Shown here: piece after piece, positions 1 through 7,901 of the stretch
Layout of the letters: each line of letters starts with the position of its first letter
Numbering within the stretch: the first letter of the stretch is position 1
IMG/VR virus record: IMGVR_UViG_3300033121_002101
Location: 1-64,000 of that record
DNA length: 64,000 nt
Strand: one strand, 5' to 3'
DNA from: a virus
Lineage: Duplodnaviria > Caudoviricetes
The notes under the pieces: generated by a model
Told to the model about the DNA's origin: nothing
The model's input: the letters and a program-made list of their open reading frames with translations, nothing else
The model's database searches: none
Program-made: the position numbers and the translations under genes

Positions 1-224
1 CGGGTGGCGTTGAGGGTGGCGTCGCGGGTGGCGTTGCGGGTGGCGACGTCGGTGGCGGAGTAGGTGGCGTCGCGGGTGGCGTTGAGGGTGGCGGAGTAGG
101 TGGCGTCGCGGGTGGCGTTGCGGGTGGCGTTGCGGGTGGCGGAGTAGGTGGCGTCGCGGGTGGCGTTGCGGGTGGCGTTGCGGGTGGCGTTGCGGGTGGC
201 GGAGTAGGTGGCGTCGCGGGTGGC
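1..224 (-). repeat. Coding 12-bp tandem array, 18 full units plus 1 partial, GCCACC+NNNNNN
   Basis: Units GCCACCCGCGAC, GCCACCTACTCC, GCCACCCGCAAC, GCCACCCTCAAC and GCCACCGACGTC encode ATRD/ATYS/ATRN/ATLN/ATDV. The array is truncated by the window edge. Confidence 0.97.
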
Positions 225-509
225 GGATTTGGAAGCACTGCCTCCGCGCCACTTCCAAATCGCGTCAGTAAAGCTCCCCGCAACCGCCATCACCAGCGGG
301 CTCGGGACCACGATCACGTGCGGCTCGTCGAGATTGCTTGCGTAGTACAGGCCGCGGATCGCCTCGCCGATCGCCTGTTGGTCGATCGGCTCGGTGCGAA
401 GGATGCGGCCGATCCAGAGCTTTGCGTGTTCGTCGAGCTTGATGCGCTCCTCGTCTGTGATGCCTCCGGCGGCGAAGTCGTGGCGGCGGATGATCTTGGG
501 CGTCGTCAT
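1..509 (-). CDS. DUF6745-like protein with ATxx tetrapeptide repeats (partial, runs off window start; missing from ORF track)
   Basis: ATG at 509 after an AAGGAG SD. Translates MTTPKIIRRHDFAAGGITDEERIKLDEHAKLWIGRILRTEPIDQQAIGEAIRGLYYASNLDEPHVIVVPSPLVMA... then (ATxx)n. The N-terminus (T.P.D...A...I..LY....L..P..I.V.SP) resembles DUF6745 proteins. The C-terminal domain lies outside the window. Confidence 0.75.
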   Translation of the reverse strand, partial: MTTPKIIRRHDFAAGGITDEERIKLDEHAKLWIGRILRTEPIDQQAIGEAIRGLYYASNLDEPHVIVVPSPLVMAVAGSFTDAIWKWRGGSASKSATRDATYSATRNATRNATRNATRDATYSATRNATRNATRDATYSATLNATRDATYSATDVATRNATRDATLNAT

Positions 510-510
510 G

Positions 511-681
511 TCAATTCTCCTTCACGGTCATCAGGGCTGCGCGCATGTCACGCTTCATCTCCTCACGCACACTCCTTGTCGCTGCGTCGACAATCTCGCG
601 CGTAGCCTTTTCGATGGCGTCGCGGGTAGCGACGCGGGTGACGTCGTACACGGCAGAGGTTGCGTCGTCGGTTGCAGCCAC
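511..681 (-). CDS. Small helical protein with degenerate ATxx repeats (56 aa)
   Basis: GTG at 681 after GGAGG, sits tightly between its neighbours. MAATDDATSAVYDVTRVATRDAIEKATREIVDAATR... Confidence 0.65.
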   Translation of the reverse strand: MAATDDATSAVYDVTRVATRDAIEKATREIVDAATRSVREEMKRDMRAALMTVKEN

Positions 682-683
682 TG

Positions 684-1031
684 TCAGTCCTCCACCCGGC
701 GCCAGCCATCGGGCGTGTACTCTCGCTGCCGGCGGATCTCCCACACGACCTCGCCACCGTCTGCCAGTAGCTCGAGCGTCTCGTGGGTATCTGTCGAGCG
801 ACGGTGCTCGACAACGACCGGCGCTGACGCCACGAGGTACGCGACGAACGGATCCGGCGTGGTGTAGTAGGTGCCGCCGAGCGCCACGTGGTGATGGCCC
901 GTCTCGCTGTGGGCCACGATGTGCTCGGGCGCATCCTTGCGAGTGGCGCCTGGCGGCAGCGCGGCGACGCGGCGGAACATGACGTCGCCCTGGAATGCCG
1001 GGGTGCCGTCGGGGGTGATGGTCTTGGTCAC
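684..1031 (-). CDS. Conserved His-rich hypothetical protein, typical DUF6745 partner
   Basis: Motifs QGDV, HSETGHHH, EH..TH and RRQREYTP..WRRVED. GGAG SD upstream. Confidence 0.8.
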   Translation of the reverse strand: MTKTITPDGTPAFQGDVMFRRVAALPPGATRKDAPEHIVAHSETGHHHVALGGTYYTTPDPFVAYLVASAPVVVEHRRSTDTHETLELLADGGEVVWEIRRQREYTPDGWRRVED

Positions 1032-1104
1032 TGTTGTTCTCCGTTGGTGGTTAAATTACGAAGTCTTTGATTGAGCATTTTAAATTTCCTTATTTTTAAT
1101 AGTT

Positions 1105-1569
1105 TCAAATATGTTCATGAATAGCAAGCAGTGTACCATCTGGCAAAAAAGTTGCTTCTACGATTTCGCCATCTGTTGGAAATTTCATTTGACTGCGCGG
1201 GTGATAAGATGTAGAGTGAAATGCAAATTGACTATTCTCTCTATCTTCAATAACACCCCAACCAGTTTCATTGTTAAACGAATTAACAACCCAAAGCTTT
1301 TTATTTTTGTTTTTCATACTAAGTTCAGCATTAAGTGTTTTTAGTTGTTCAACATTGTTTAGCAAGTTGTTAATCTGATCAACAGATAAAACAAATCTTG
1401 CACAGTACGGATTTGGATTATGAGTCACAAATTCAATGTCTGGATTAAAACTTGTAGCTTTATATCCAGTAAAAAGCTCTTCAACTTTGCTTCCCAATTC
1501 TATCCATGCATTTGCGTATACATCTTCATCATATGTCATTTCGCCACTTGGAAGCATTCTTTGTCTCAT
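1105..1569 (-). CDS. Hypothetical protein with C-terminal cold-shock-like OB domain
   Basis: VVNSFNNETGWGVI..FAFHSTSY..DGEIVEATF resembles CSD RNP1/RNP2 motifs. Confidence 0.55.
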   Translation of the reverse strand: MRQRMLPSGEMTYDEDVYANAWIELGSKVEELFTGYKATSFNPDIEFVTHNPNPYCARFVLSVDQINNLLNNVEQLKTLNAELSMKNKNKKLWVVNSFNNETGWGVIEDRENSQFAFHSTSYHPRSQMKFPTDGEIVEATFLPDGTLLAIHEHI

Positions 1570-1703
1570 AACACACCAATGTTTTTTGCAAATTTTATAT
1601 TTTGCATTATAAAATATAATACATTTTAAACAACAAAAACTGAGAGCTTATAAGAAAGCATTACAGTTTGCCGCGAGAATTTGTTTGAACAGTGCTCATA
1701 AAC

Positions 1704-1949
1704 TCACTCTACGATTTCACCAGACACTGCTGGAGGTTCATCTCTTACAGTTATTGGTAGCTTTAATACAGACAGTGCAATATCTTTCCAAGCATCTGGT
1801 AAATCATCACGAATTGGTTCTAAACGATCACAATCATTTTTTGGAACAATTGAAAGCATTCTGCATGAACATTTTGGGCATTGATATCTAGAAAATTTTG
1901 GATCATCAGACCATCCGCAGTTCATACAAATTTCAATTACTTTAATCAT
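1704..1949 (-). CDS. Zn-ribbon hypothetical protein
   Basis: CxxC...CxxC, overlaps its upstream gene. Confidence 0.6.
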   Translation of the reverse strand: MIKVIEICMNCGWSDDPKFSRYQCPKCSCRMLSIVPKNDCDRLEPIRDDLPDAWKDIALSVLKLPITVRDEPPAVSGEIVE

Positions 1950-2233
1950 TGATTTTCCAATTCTCTAACTTGACGTTCTGCGCGTTCAATTATCTGATTA
2001 ATTTCACTGATCATATCAAGTCTATTTGGAATTTCTTCTAATGTTATATCATAATACATTCGAAGACTTTCAAATTTACTTTTTATCTGAACAATCTGAA
2101 TTGGATAATCTTTTAATTTTTCCAATGCGGCGAAAACAATTACATTCCAAGATGCTGGAACGCTTGCTCCGCAATATACGTTATTGCATATTTTCGGATA
2201 TAGTTCTTCTATTATCTCTTCAAAGCTTTTCAT
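1946..2233 (-). CDS. Conserved phage hypothetical protein
   Basis: QIKSKFESLRMYY matches the common phage QxKEKFGxLRxY family. Confidence 0.7.
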   Translation of the reverse strand: MKSFEEIIEELYPKICNNVYCGASVPASWNVIVFAALEKLKDYPIQIVQIKSKFESLRMYYDITLEEIPNRLDMISEINQIIERAERQVRELENQ

Positions 2234-2484
2234 CTGTAAAATCCATTTAGATTGTCATATGTTTCAGAAAGAATAATCCATAATGAAATTTCAGATGTTG
2301 CAGAAATTTCTCCAATTTTGTTCTTTCTTAACATGTCATATGTGTCAAAGCCATAGTTTGCTTCAAACATTTTCATTGTTTGCTCAATGACATATCGTGC
2401 ATCTTCTTTACATGCAAAACCAGCTGTAAAAATTGCATCATCAAAACTATCTTTTAATTCTTCAGATGTATACTTCTTTTTCAT
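2230..2484 (-). CDS. Hypothetical protein
   Basis: ORF track. Start moved to MKKKY because of the small upstream ORF. Confidence 0.6.
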   Translation of the reverse strand: MKKKYTSEELKDSFDDAIFTAGFACKEDARYVIEQTMKMFEANYGFDTYDMLRKNKIGEISATSEISLWIILSETYDNLNGFYR

Positions 2485-2491
2485 TTTTATG

Positions 2492-2587
2492 TCACCAATA
2501 CTTTGACACGAAATGCGCAATTACATAAACAACAGTTGCTAAAAACAAAGTATACATGATAAGATATGCAGCGACAATTTTGTTCAT
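2492..2587 (-). CDS. Small membrane peptide (31 aa, not in ORF track)
   Basis: MNKIVAAYLIMYTLFLATVVYVIAHFVSKYW, AAGGA SD upstream. Confidence 0.6.
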   Translation of the reverse strand: MNKIVAAYLIMYTLFLATVVYVIAHFVSKYW

Positions 2588-2631
2588 AATTTCCTTTATT
2601 GATTAATTTTAACACATTAGATTAAACATAA

Positions 2632-2669
2632 ACAAAAACGTTACGATTTTCTTATCGTAACGTTTTTGT
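2632..2669 (-). terminator. Intrinsic terminator-like hairpin
   Basis: Perfect 16-bp inverted repeat ACAAAAACGTTACGAT / ATCGTAACGTTTTTGT with a 6-nt loop, just downstream of 2690..2905. Confidence 0.7.
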
Positions 2670-2689
2670 CAAAAAACAATGTCTGCTTT

Positions 2690-2905
2690 TTACTTTTTTG
2701 TTTTCTTCTCAACTAATTCAAATTTAGCTTCATAAACATATTCTTTTAAATTTTGAAATTCAGCGACAAAAACATTATCGCCGTCATCTAAACAAAAATC
2801 ACCAGATTTTACATCTTTTACAAAGTCTTGCATACTTTTGTATACTGAACAGTTATCCATGCAAGCATCATTAACACCTGGTTTATCTAAAAATACTATA
2901 ATCAT
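2690..2905 (-). CDS. Hypothetical protein
   Basis: ORF in a co-directional gene string. Confidence 0.6.
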   Translation of the reverse strand: MIIVFLDKPGVNDACMDNCSVYKSMQDFVKDVKSGDFCLDDGDNVFVAEFQNLKEYVYEAKFELVEKKTKK

Positions 2906-2935
2906 TTTGTACTCTTTCTTTTTTGTAAATTCATT

Positions 2936-3193
2936 TTATCTAAAAGATGCAATTTTATCAATTGCAAAAACTCTTTCTTTCATTTTTGCAATTTCTTTTT
3001 CAAGTTCACTTAGTGGCCAACAAATGAAATGAAGTGTTTCGCCATATGAGTTTTGTTCATCATCAACCCAAGCATTGTCTTCTGCTATTGAAAAGCCTAA
3101 CCTAATTGCTTGTTCAATATATTCTGCAATTTGTTCTTTAAAACTAAAATCATCTAGTGCAAGTAAATCAGAAAGCTTTTCAAAATCTGTCAT
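2936..3193 (-). CDS. Hypothetical protein
   Basis: ORF with ATGA overlap. Confidence 0.6.
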   Translation of the reverse strand: MTDFEKLSDLLALDDFSFKEQIAEYIEQAIRLGFSIAEDNAWVDDEQNSYGETLHFICWPLSELEKEIAKMKERVFAIDKIASFR

Positions 3194-3372
3194 TTTATTC
3201 CTTTGCGCAAATCTTTTCTTTTTTTTCGTTTCTTTTGCTTGGCTTCGTATCTTTTAAATTCTCTTAACTCACGTCTTGTTTTTGGAATTTTTATTTCTAT
3301 GAAAAATTCAGTAATAGCAGAACAGCTTGCATCATGCACATGATAACCAAACAAAGGAATTACTCTGCTCAT
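3190..3372 (-). CDS. Hypothetical basic protein
   Basis: ORF coupled to its neighbours, K/R-rich C-terminus. Confidence 0.55.
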   Translation of the reverse strand: MSRVIPLFGYHVHDASCSAITEFFIEIKIPKTRRELREFKRYEAKQKKRKKRKDLRKGIK

Positions 3373-3716
3373 TACAAATCTTTATTTCTTTCTTTAATTT
3401 CTTTAATTTTCTGTTCAGCTCTACAACCAGCACAATTAGACGTACATCCAGGCAAATAATAAGATTTTGTATGGCCTTCTCTGCTAATCACAGAAAAATA
3501 AGCTAATTGGCATTTATCTCTATTAAGGCAATCATGTAAATTACAAACAAAACATTTATTTTTTTGATCGATTTTTGAAAATTCTGATATTAGATTGTTT
3601 GCAGCTAATATCATGTCATGCAATGAATACGCATCACTGTGCGCAACATTTCTTAATCTTATAATGTGTTCTTTAATTGCATTCCAGTTTTTTGCATCTT
3701 CAACTACGTTGCTCAT
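3372..3716 (-). CDS. Cys-rich hypothetical protein
   Basis: ORF with several Cys/His clusters. Confidence 0.6.
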   Translation of the reverse strand: MSNVVEDAKNWNAIKEHIIRLRNVAHSDAYSLHDMILAANNLISEFSKIDQKNKCFVCNLHDCLNRDKCQLAYFSVISREGHTKSYYLPGCTSNCAGCRAEQKIKEIKERNKDL

Positions 3717-3747
3717 TTTTTTCCAATAAAGGCTTTAGCTAAAAACT

Positions 3748-3873
3748 TCAAAGAATTGCTGGAACATCATCATCACCATCATCATATTGACTACCATCAA
3801 AATGATCAGCTATTCTGTATGCAACACCTGCACCCAACATGTAAACAGCAAGTACAACAATAACAGAAATCAT
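3748..3873 (-). CDS. Small membrane protein (41 aa, not in ORF track)
   Basis: ATGA overlap with 3870..4085. MISVIVVLAVYMLGAGVAYRIADHFDGSQYDDGDDDVPAIL. Confidence 0.5.
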   Translation of the reverse strand: MISVIVVLAVYMLGAGVAYRIADHFDGSQYDDGDDDVPAIL

Positions 3874-4085
3874 TTTACGCCGCCATGTTCAGCATGAGCT
3901 GCTTCACCTATAAGCAATTCAGCAAGAGCTACAGCTTCATCTGGTGTTAAGTGAATTACTTGCCCACTTGACGGTCTGCTAAAAGAAACATATGGTGTAG
4001 AGTGACTCAAATATGATTTGTCTCTTGATGGATGACCACAAATATAAAACCCACAAGAAAGTTTTGCAATATGCTCTTTTACCAT
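3870..4085 (-). CDS. Hypothetical protein
   Basis: ORF ending IHLTPDEAVALAELL, a common small-phage-protein ending. Confidence 0.6.
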   Translation of the reverse strand: MVKEHIAKLSCGFYICGHPSRDKSYLSHSTPYVSFSRPSSGQVIHLTPDEAVALAELLIGEAAHAEHGGVK

Positions 4086-4088
4086 AAT

Positions 4089-4379
4089 TTAAATTTCTCC
4101 GCGCATTTTTCTTTGTGTAAAACCATCATAGTTTCTTAAACACAATTCTTTACTTGTTACTTCAATTGCTCCAAGTTTTACTGCAAGAGCTCTTTTTGAT
4201 GGAGTTATATCATAGTGATGAGCTGTTGCTTTTGGCCTTTCTTGCGACCACTGTCTTTTTAAACCAAGTTTATCTGCAAACTCATAAAGTTCTTCTGCTG
4301 AGATATCTGATACCATGTGACTAAATTTTTTATATCTTATTGTCGTATTGTATTCAGTTATTTTGTCTATTAAAATCAT
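4089..4379 (-). CDS. DUF4031 family protein
   Basis: SHMVSD..EELYEFADKLGLKRQW.Q...HHYDITPSKRALAVKLGAIEV. Confidence 0.85.
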   Translation of the reverse strand: MILIDKITEYNTTIRYKKFSHMVSDISAEELYEFADKLGLKRQWSQERPKATAHHYDITPSKRALAVKLGAIEVTSKELCLRNYDGFTQRKMRGEI

Positions 4380-4384
4380 AGAGA

Positions 4385-4657
4385 TTAATCAATCATAGAC
4401 ATTTTTGGCAAATTAGAATTCAATTTCTTTTTTGAAAACAAAAATCTAACTTTCATTCCGATTGTAAATGATTTTTTGGCGCAATAAAAAACTAAAAACA
4501 TAATTGCAGATATTGGCCAAATTATAGATGAAAAAATTAAAAGCTCATTGTCATCTTCAGTATAGTCATCTGATTTTAACAAACTATAAATGAGCCCGCA
4601 AAACATTGCATATAGTGCAATTAAAGATAAAATATAAGCTATTGTGTACATCAACAA
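4385..4657 (-). CDS. Small two-TM membrane protein
   Basis: Two hydrophobic segments and a WP motif. Confidence 0.6.
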   Translation of the reverse strand: MLMYTIAYILSLIALYAMFCGLIYSLLKSDDYTEDDNELLIFSSIIWPISAIMFLVFYCAKKSFTIGMKVRFLFSKKKLNSNLPKMSMID

Positions 4658-4854
4658 TCTCCAAAAATATCAATAAGCGATTCTAAAAACATTTTCATAT
4701 CATCATGTGATATAAAAGTTTCATATGCATATTGATTATCGTCACTGTATATTCTTGTACCATAAACCGGTAAACTACCAATTTTGTCTTTAATTCTCTT
4801 TCTTTCTATTGCAATCGCAGAATTGATAATATTTTTTATTTCTTCTTCTGTCAT
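4651..4854 (-). CDS. Hypothetical protein
   Basis: Start moved to MTEEEIK. The longer ORF-track call runs through tRNA-Ala. Confidence 0.6.
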   Translation of the reverse strand: MTEEEIKNIINSAIAIERKRIKDKIGSLPVYGTRIYSDDNQYAYETFISHDDMKMFLESLIDIFGDC

Positions 4855-4858
4855 TACG

Positions 4859-4931
<73 letters not shown>

Positions 4932-4943
4932 TTAAACTTTTTG

Positions 4944-5030
4944 CGGAAGGCATGGGACTCGAACCCATAACGCTTTTTTACGACGCACTTGTTTAGCAAA
5001 CAAGCCCCTCATCCATGCCGGATACCTTCC
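4944..5030 (-). tRNA. tRNA-Ser(GCT)
   Basis: GGAAGGT/GCCTTCC-G acceptor, CTTGT-TTGCTAA-ACAAG anticodon arm, long variable arm, ATGGG-TTCGAGT-CCCAT T arm. Confidence 0.9.
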
Positions 5031-5057
5031 AATTATAACACGTTATAAATTACCTTA

Positions 5058-5390
5058 TTACTCAGCGATTCCACGCAACACTTCTTTTGTTGATTGCGAA
5101 ACAGTTATTTTAGCAAGTCTATATGTGTTATATTTTCCGTCATTTGCTAAAAATTTTTCAACTAAATCAAAACAACTTATTGCTGCTTCTTTACTAAGAA
5201 AGCCATAAATTCCATAAAGCTGCCAACAAGCTCCGCTGGCTATTTGCTCCCATTTTTCTGGATAAAGCCGTTTAGAGTATCCATCACCTGAACATGGTAA
5301 ATCAAAGCTGCTCCATTGCTCTCCAACTTGGCGTTGCCATTGATAAATCTCTACATTATCACAATCTTTACGAAGAAAGCTCATTTGCAA
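5058..5390 (-). CDS. Hypothetical protein
   Basis: ORF track. Confidence 0.6.
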   Translation of the reverse strand: MQMSFLRKDCDNVEIYQWQRQVGEQWSSFDLPCSGDGYSKRLYPEKWEQIASGACWQLYGIYGFLSKEAAISCFDLVEKFLANDGKYNTYRLAKITVSQSTKEVLRGIAE

Positions 5391-6010
5391 TCCTTAAATC
5401 TATTTTCGTGTGGTATAAAAATACAAAATTTAACTTTTCTATTATCTTCATCACAAACAATTGATAAGCTTTCATTGATCTCAGCATATGCAATTGCTTT
5501 CACTTTGTTTTTTTTATATTCACTTTCAGTAATAAATTTTGGAATCAAATTATTGTTTTCAATAACACTGAAAATAAATTTGTGTCTATTATGTGCTTCA
5601 GTTAAGGCTTTTACTTCATTTTCTAAAAGAAGAATTTTTACTTCATTTTCTAAAAGAAGAATTTTTGCTTCTTTTTCTAAAAGCTCTTGTTCAAGTTTTG
5701 AAATTTGCAATTCAAATTCATCAATAAATGAATACGAGCCAGCAGTCTTTTTTTCTCTAAAAACTATCGCATATTCAAATTCAGTGTCATCAAAATCATA
5801 AGAAACATTAAGAAAAATTGAATCAATTTCTATTTCATCAGCAAAATCATCAATTTGTTTTTGTGTTACATACACGTAAGAATGCATACGTGATTTATTA
5901 TTCTTGCTTTCTTTTGTTCTATCTTTAAGATAGCAATTGTCGCAAGGTGCAACTGAAACCAGCAACAATACACCTTTTCCAGGTGCTCCACAAGAAGGGT
6001 AATCAAACAT
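5381..6010 (-). CDS. Hypothetical coiled-coil protein
   Basis: ORF containing a KILLLENEV duplication. Confidence 0.6.
   Translation of the reverse strand: MFDYPSCGAPGKGVLLLVSVAPCDNCYLKDRTKESKNNKSRMHSYVYVTQKQIDDFADEIEIDSIFLNVSYDFDDTEFEYAIVFREKKTAGSYSFIDEFELQISKLEQELLEKEAKILLLENEVKILLLENEVKALTEAHNRHKFIFSVIENNNLIPKFITESEYKKNKVKAIAYAEINESLSIVCDEDNRKVKFCIFIPHENRFKDCK
5609..5683. repeat. 27-bp in-frame tandem repeat, about 2.8 copies
   Basis: ttttacttcattttctaaaagaagaat twice, then a degenerate partial third copy. Confidence 0.9.
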
Positions 6011-6034
6011 ATTACATTACTCCAAATTTATTCG

Positions 6035-6105
6035 TTCGGGAGCAAGGACTCGAACCCTGATAGTTTGATCCAAAGTCAAACGTCCTGCCATTGAACGACT
6101 CCCGA
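6035..6105 (-). tRNA. tRNA-Gln(TTG)
   Basis: TCGGGAG/CTCCCGA acceptor, TTTGA-CTTTGGA-TCAAA anticodon arm, CAGGG-TTCGAGT-CCTTG T arm. TATAAT lies 10 nt upstream. Confidence 0.92.
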
Positions 6106-6112
6106 GTATTCG

Positions 6113-6238
6113 TTAATTATACTTTATTAAGTTATTCTTAAGTCCGGGATATGTTTGGTCTGCCCACGGATAATCTTTTGACCATGTCGGTACAGACAAA
6201 TACCACCATTTTTCTTTAAACAAATCAAGCTGTACCAT
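6113..6238 (-). CDS. Small Trp-rich protein (41 aa, not in ORF track)
   Basis: MVQLDLFKEKWWYLSVPTWSKDYPWADQTYPGLKNNLIKYN fills the gap between genes. Confidence 0.4.
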   Translation of the reverse strand: MVQLDLFKEKWWYLSVPTWSKDYPWADQTYPGLKNNLIKYN

Positions 6239-6677
6239 TGCAAATTTCCTCTAGTTTTGCTGGACAATTCATGTCATGAACACTTGGCCTATAGACAACT
6301 ACTTCATCCCATTCATTGATTAAATTAATGCTGCCAAAACCATCAGCTCGCAATCTAATTCCAGATTCAGATACTATATCATGACTTCCGTCTTGGAACT
6401 TTGCTACTGAGAAAAAATCAGATACTTTATTTTTCTTACAACATTCATGCATTATTAAATCCGTAATAATTTTTTCTAGTCCCATAACTCGACTTTTAGA
6501 GTTATCAACGCATTCTCTTAAAAGAAGAGTAGAAGAGCCGTCAACTTGTCTAGCTGTTTCAGCACTCATTAAACAAATTAAGTCATCTTCTAAATTCAAT
6601 TTAGAACAATGAAAACTATTCAATAGTTTTAATATCTCTTCTTTATTGATCATTTTCTTATTCAAAATAAGCTGCAC
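6225..6677 (-). CDS. Hypothetical protein
   Basis: ORF track. Confidence 0.6.
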   Translation of the reverse strand: MQLILNKKMINKEEILKLLNSFHCSKLNLEDDLICLMSAETARQVDGSSTLLLRECVDNSKSRVMGLEKIITDLIMHECCKKNKVSDFFSVAKFQDGSHDIVSESGIRLRADGFGSINLINEWDEVVVYRPSVHDMNCPAKLEEICNGTA

Positions 6678-7332
6678 ATTCCAAATCAGAGAGTTTTAGT
6701 TGTACATTAACCCATGAACTGTTATTGAAGAATTGAGTGACAACATTTAAATTGTCATCAACAATCATTCTCATTTTTTCAAGGAATTTATTTTCCCAGT
6801 AAATCAGACTGTTTGAAAATTTCGTATACATCATTAGTGTATTTACAGTTGTTTTGAACAAATTTGACGAATTTTTACTCTCAGTTTCAATTTCATCTGC
6901 ATGGTCAATAGAGATTGAATCTTTGTCCAAGCTCAATCTAAATGGAATAATTCTTCCATAACCTTTGCCTGAATCAAGCGTTTTTATCCAAGGGTTGACA
7001 ATATACTTTCTGCTGAAAGAATTGCCGTGAAAACATTTAATACTTTCGTCAAAAATGTCTTTAATACTGTCAATTGTTTTTAACTCAAAACGAGTCAACA
7101 AACCAGTATCATATTCTTTTATCTCAGGAAAAGTATTTGTATGACCAAGAACAGCTGCTGGCCCCCTATCATATGCAAAATAACTAAGTCCAGTTGCTGT
7201 ACGTCCTAACCTTCTGTAGACTTCAATATCGATAATGTACAAGTACCAGCTCAATCTTTCATCTGGTAAAAAATTTGTTTTGCTTTTAAGAATTGAAACA
7301 ATGTGAGGTAGTTTATTATCTGAAATAAGCAT
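6658..7332 (-). CDS. Panacea/SocA (DUF4065)-like protein
   Basis: LYIID...YRRLGRTATGLSYFAYDRGPA...PW matches the Panacea pattern LYxxD...G..iTG..Y.....GPV...PW. Confidence 0.65.
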   Translation of the reverse strand: MLISDNKLPHIVSILKSKTNFLPDERLSWYLYIIDIEVYRRLGRTATGLSYFAYDRGPAAVLGHTNTFPEIKEYDTGLLTRFELKTIDSIKDIFDESIKCFHGNSFSRKYIVNPWIKTLDSGKGYGRIIPFRLSLDKDSISIDHADEIETESKNSSNLFKTTVNTLMMYTKFSNSLIYWENKFLEKMRMIVDDNLNVVTQFFNNSSWVNVQLKLSDLECAAYFE

Positions 7333-7346
7333 ACAGTCTCACTTTT

Positions 7347-7544
7347 TTAGTTGTTTTCAAAAAACAAAGCTTTAATTGAAAAAATTAAGACAAGAATAAT
7401 AAAATACAGAAAGAAAAATGGACTGAAAGAAAAAAGAATTATGTGACCAAAAACTGTAAAAATATTTTTATGATATGCAGTGAAAATAGCTGTATAAAGG
7501 AATGCATAGAAGAATATCCACAGAAATATAATAGAGATTATCAT
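7347..7544 (-). CDS. Small two-TM membrane protein
   Basis: Highly hydrophobic ORF. Confidence 0.55.
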   Translation of the reverse strand: MIISIIFLWIFFYAFLYTAIFTAYHKNIFTVFGHIILFSFSPFFFLYFIILVLIFSIKALFFENN

Positions 7545-7546
7545 TT

Positions 7547-7759
7547 TTATTCTTCTTTGTAAATATACTGTATTTTTGTTTTACCACAATAAAAGCACTG
7601 CAGTTCTACAAATTCATCTTCAACAATTGCTGAAAATTGAAAATCGTGTCTCAGTTTACAAAGCTGCTCACGAAAGAAAAATTTAATATGTGCTCTTACT
7701 TTGTTCAGCATAATATAAAATATTACAGTATGATTGTTTCTAGTAAAATACCATGACAA
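7547..7759 (-). CDS. Hypothetical protein with C..H / CxxC
   Basis: LCKLRHDF...CFYCGK. Confidence 0.55.
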   Translation of the reverse strand: MSWYFTRNNHTVIFYIMLNKVRAHIKFFFREQLCKLRHDFQFSAIVEDEFVELQCFYCGKTKIQYIYKEE

Positions 7760-7890
7760 GACGTTGGTATTTTGTCTTTTGTATTTTCATCTTTTACATA
7801 GACAGCTATGCTATTGTTTACAATATCACCATAGCCTAAAATACCATCGATGCATTTTAGATATGAAATTACTTTTTCTTTGTAACTCAT
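7723..7890 (-). CDS. Small hypothetical protein
   Basis: Start moved to MSYKEK to avoid overlap with the divergent gene. Confidence 0.5.
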   Translation of the reverse strand: MSYKEKVISYLKCIDGILGYGDIVNNSIAVYVKDENTKDKIPTSCHGILLETIIL

Positions 7891-7901
7891 AAATATATTA
7901 T

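Noticed and set aside
1-224. Repeat array as a CRISPR or DGR element
   Set aside because: The period is 12 bp, the variable parts recur and stay in frame, there are no unique spacers, and no reverse transcriptase or template/variable pair is visible.
318-1070. Plus-strand and alternative-frame ORFs in the GC-rich block (318..605, 394..867, 545..982, 563..934, 888..1070)
   Set aside because: These are shadow ORFs expected at high GC. The minus-strand frames have SDs, tight packing and family motifs.
3666-3863. Plus-strand ORF with a His run (HHHHHHH)
   Set aside because: It is the antisense of Asp/Gly codons (GAT/GGT) in the minus-strand membrane peptide 3748..3873.
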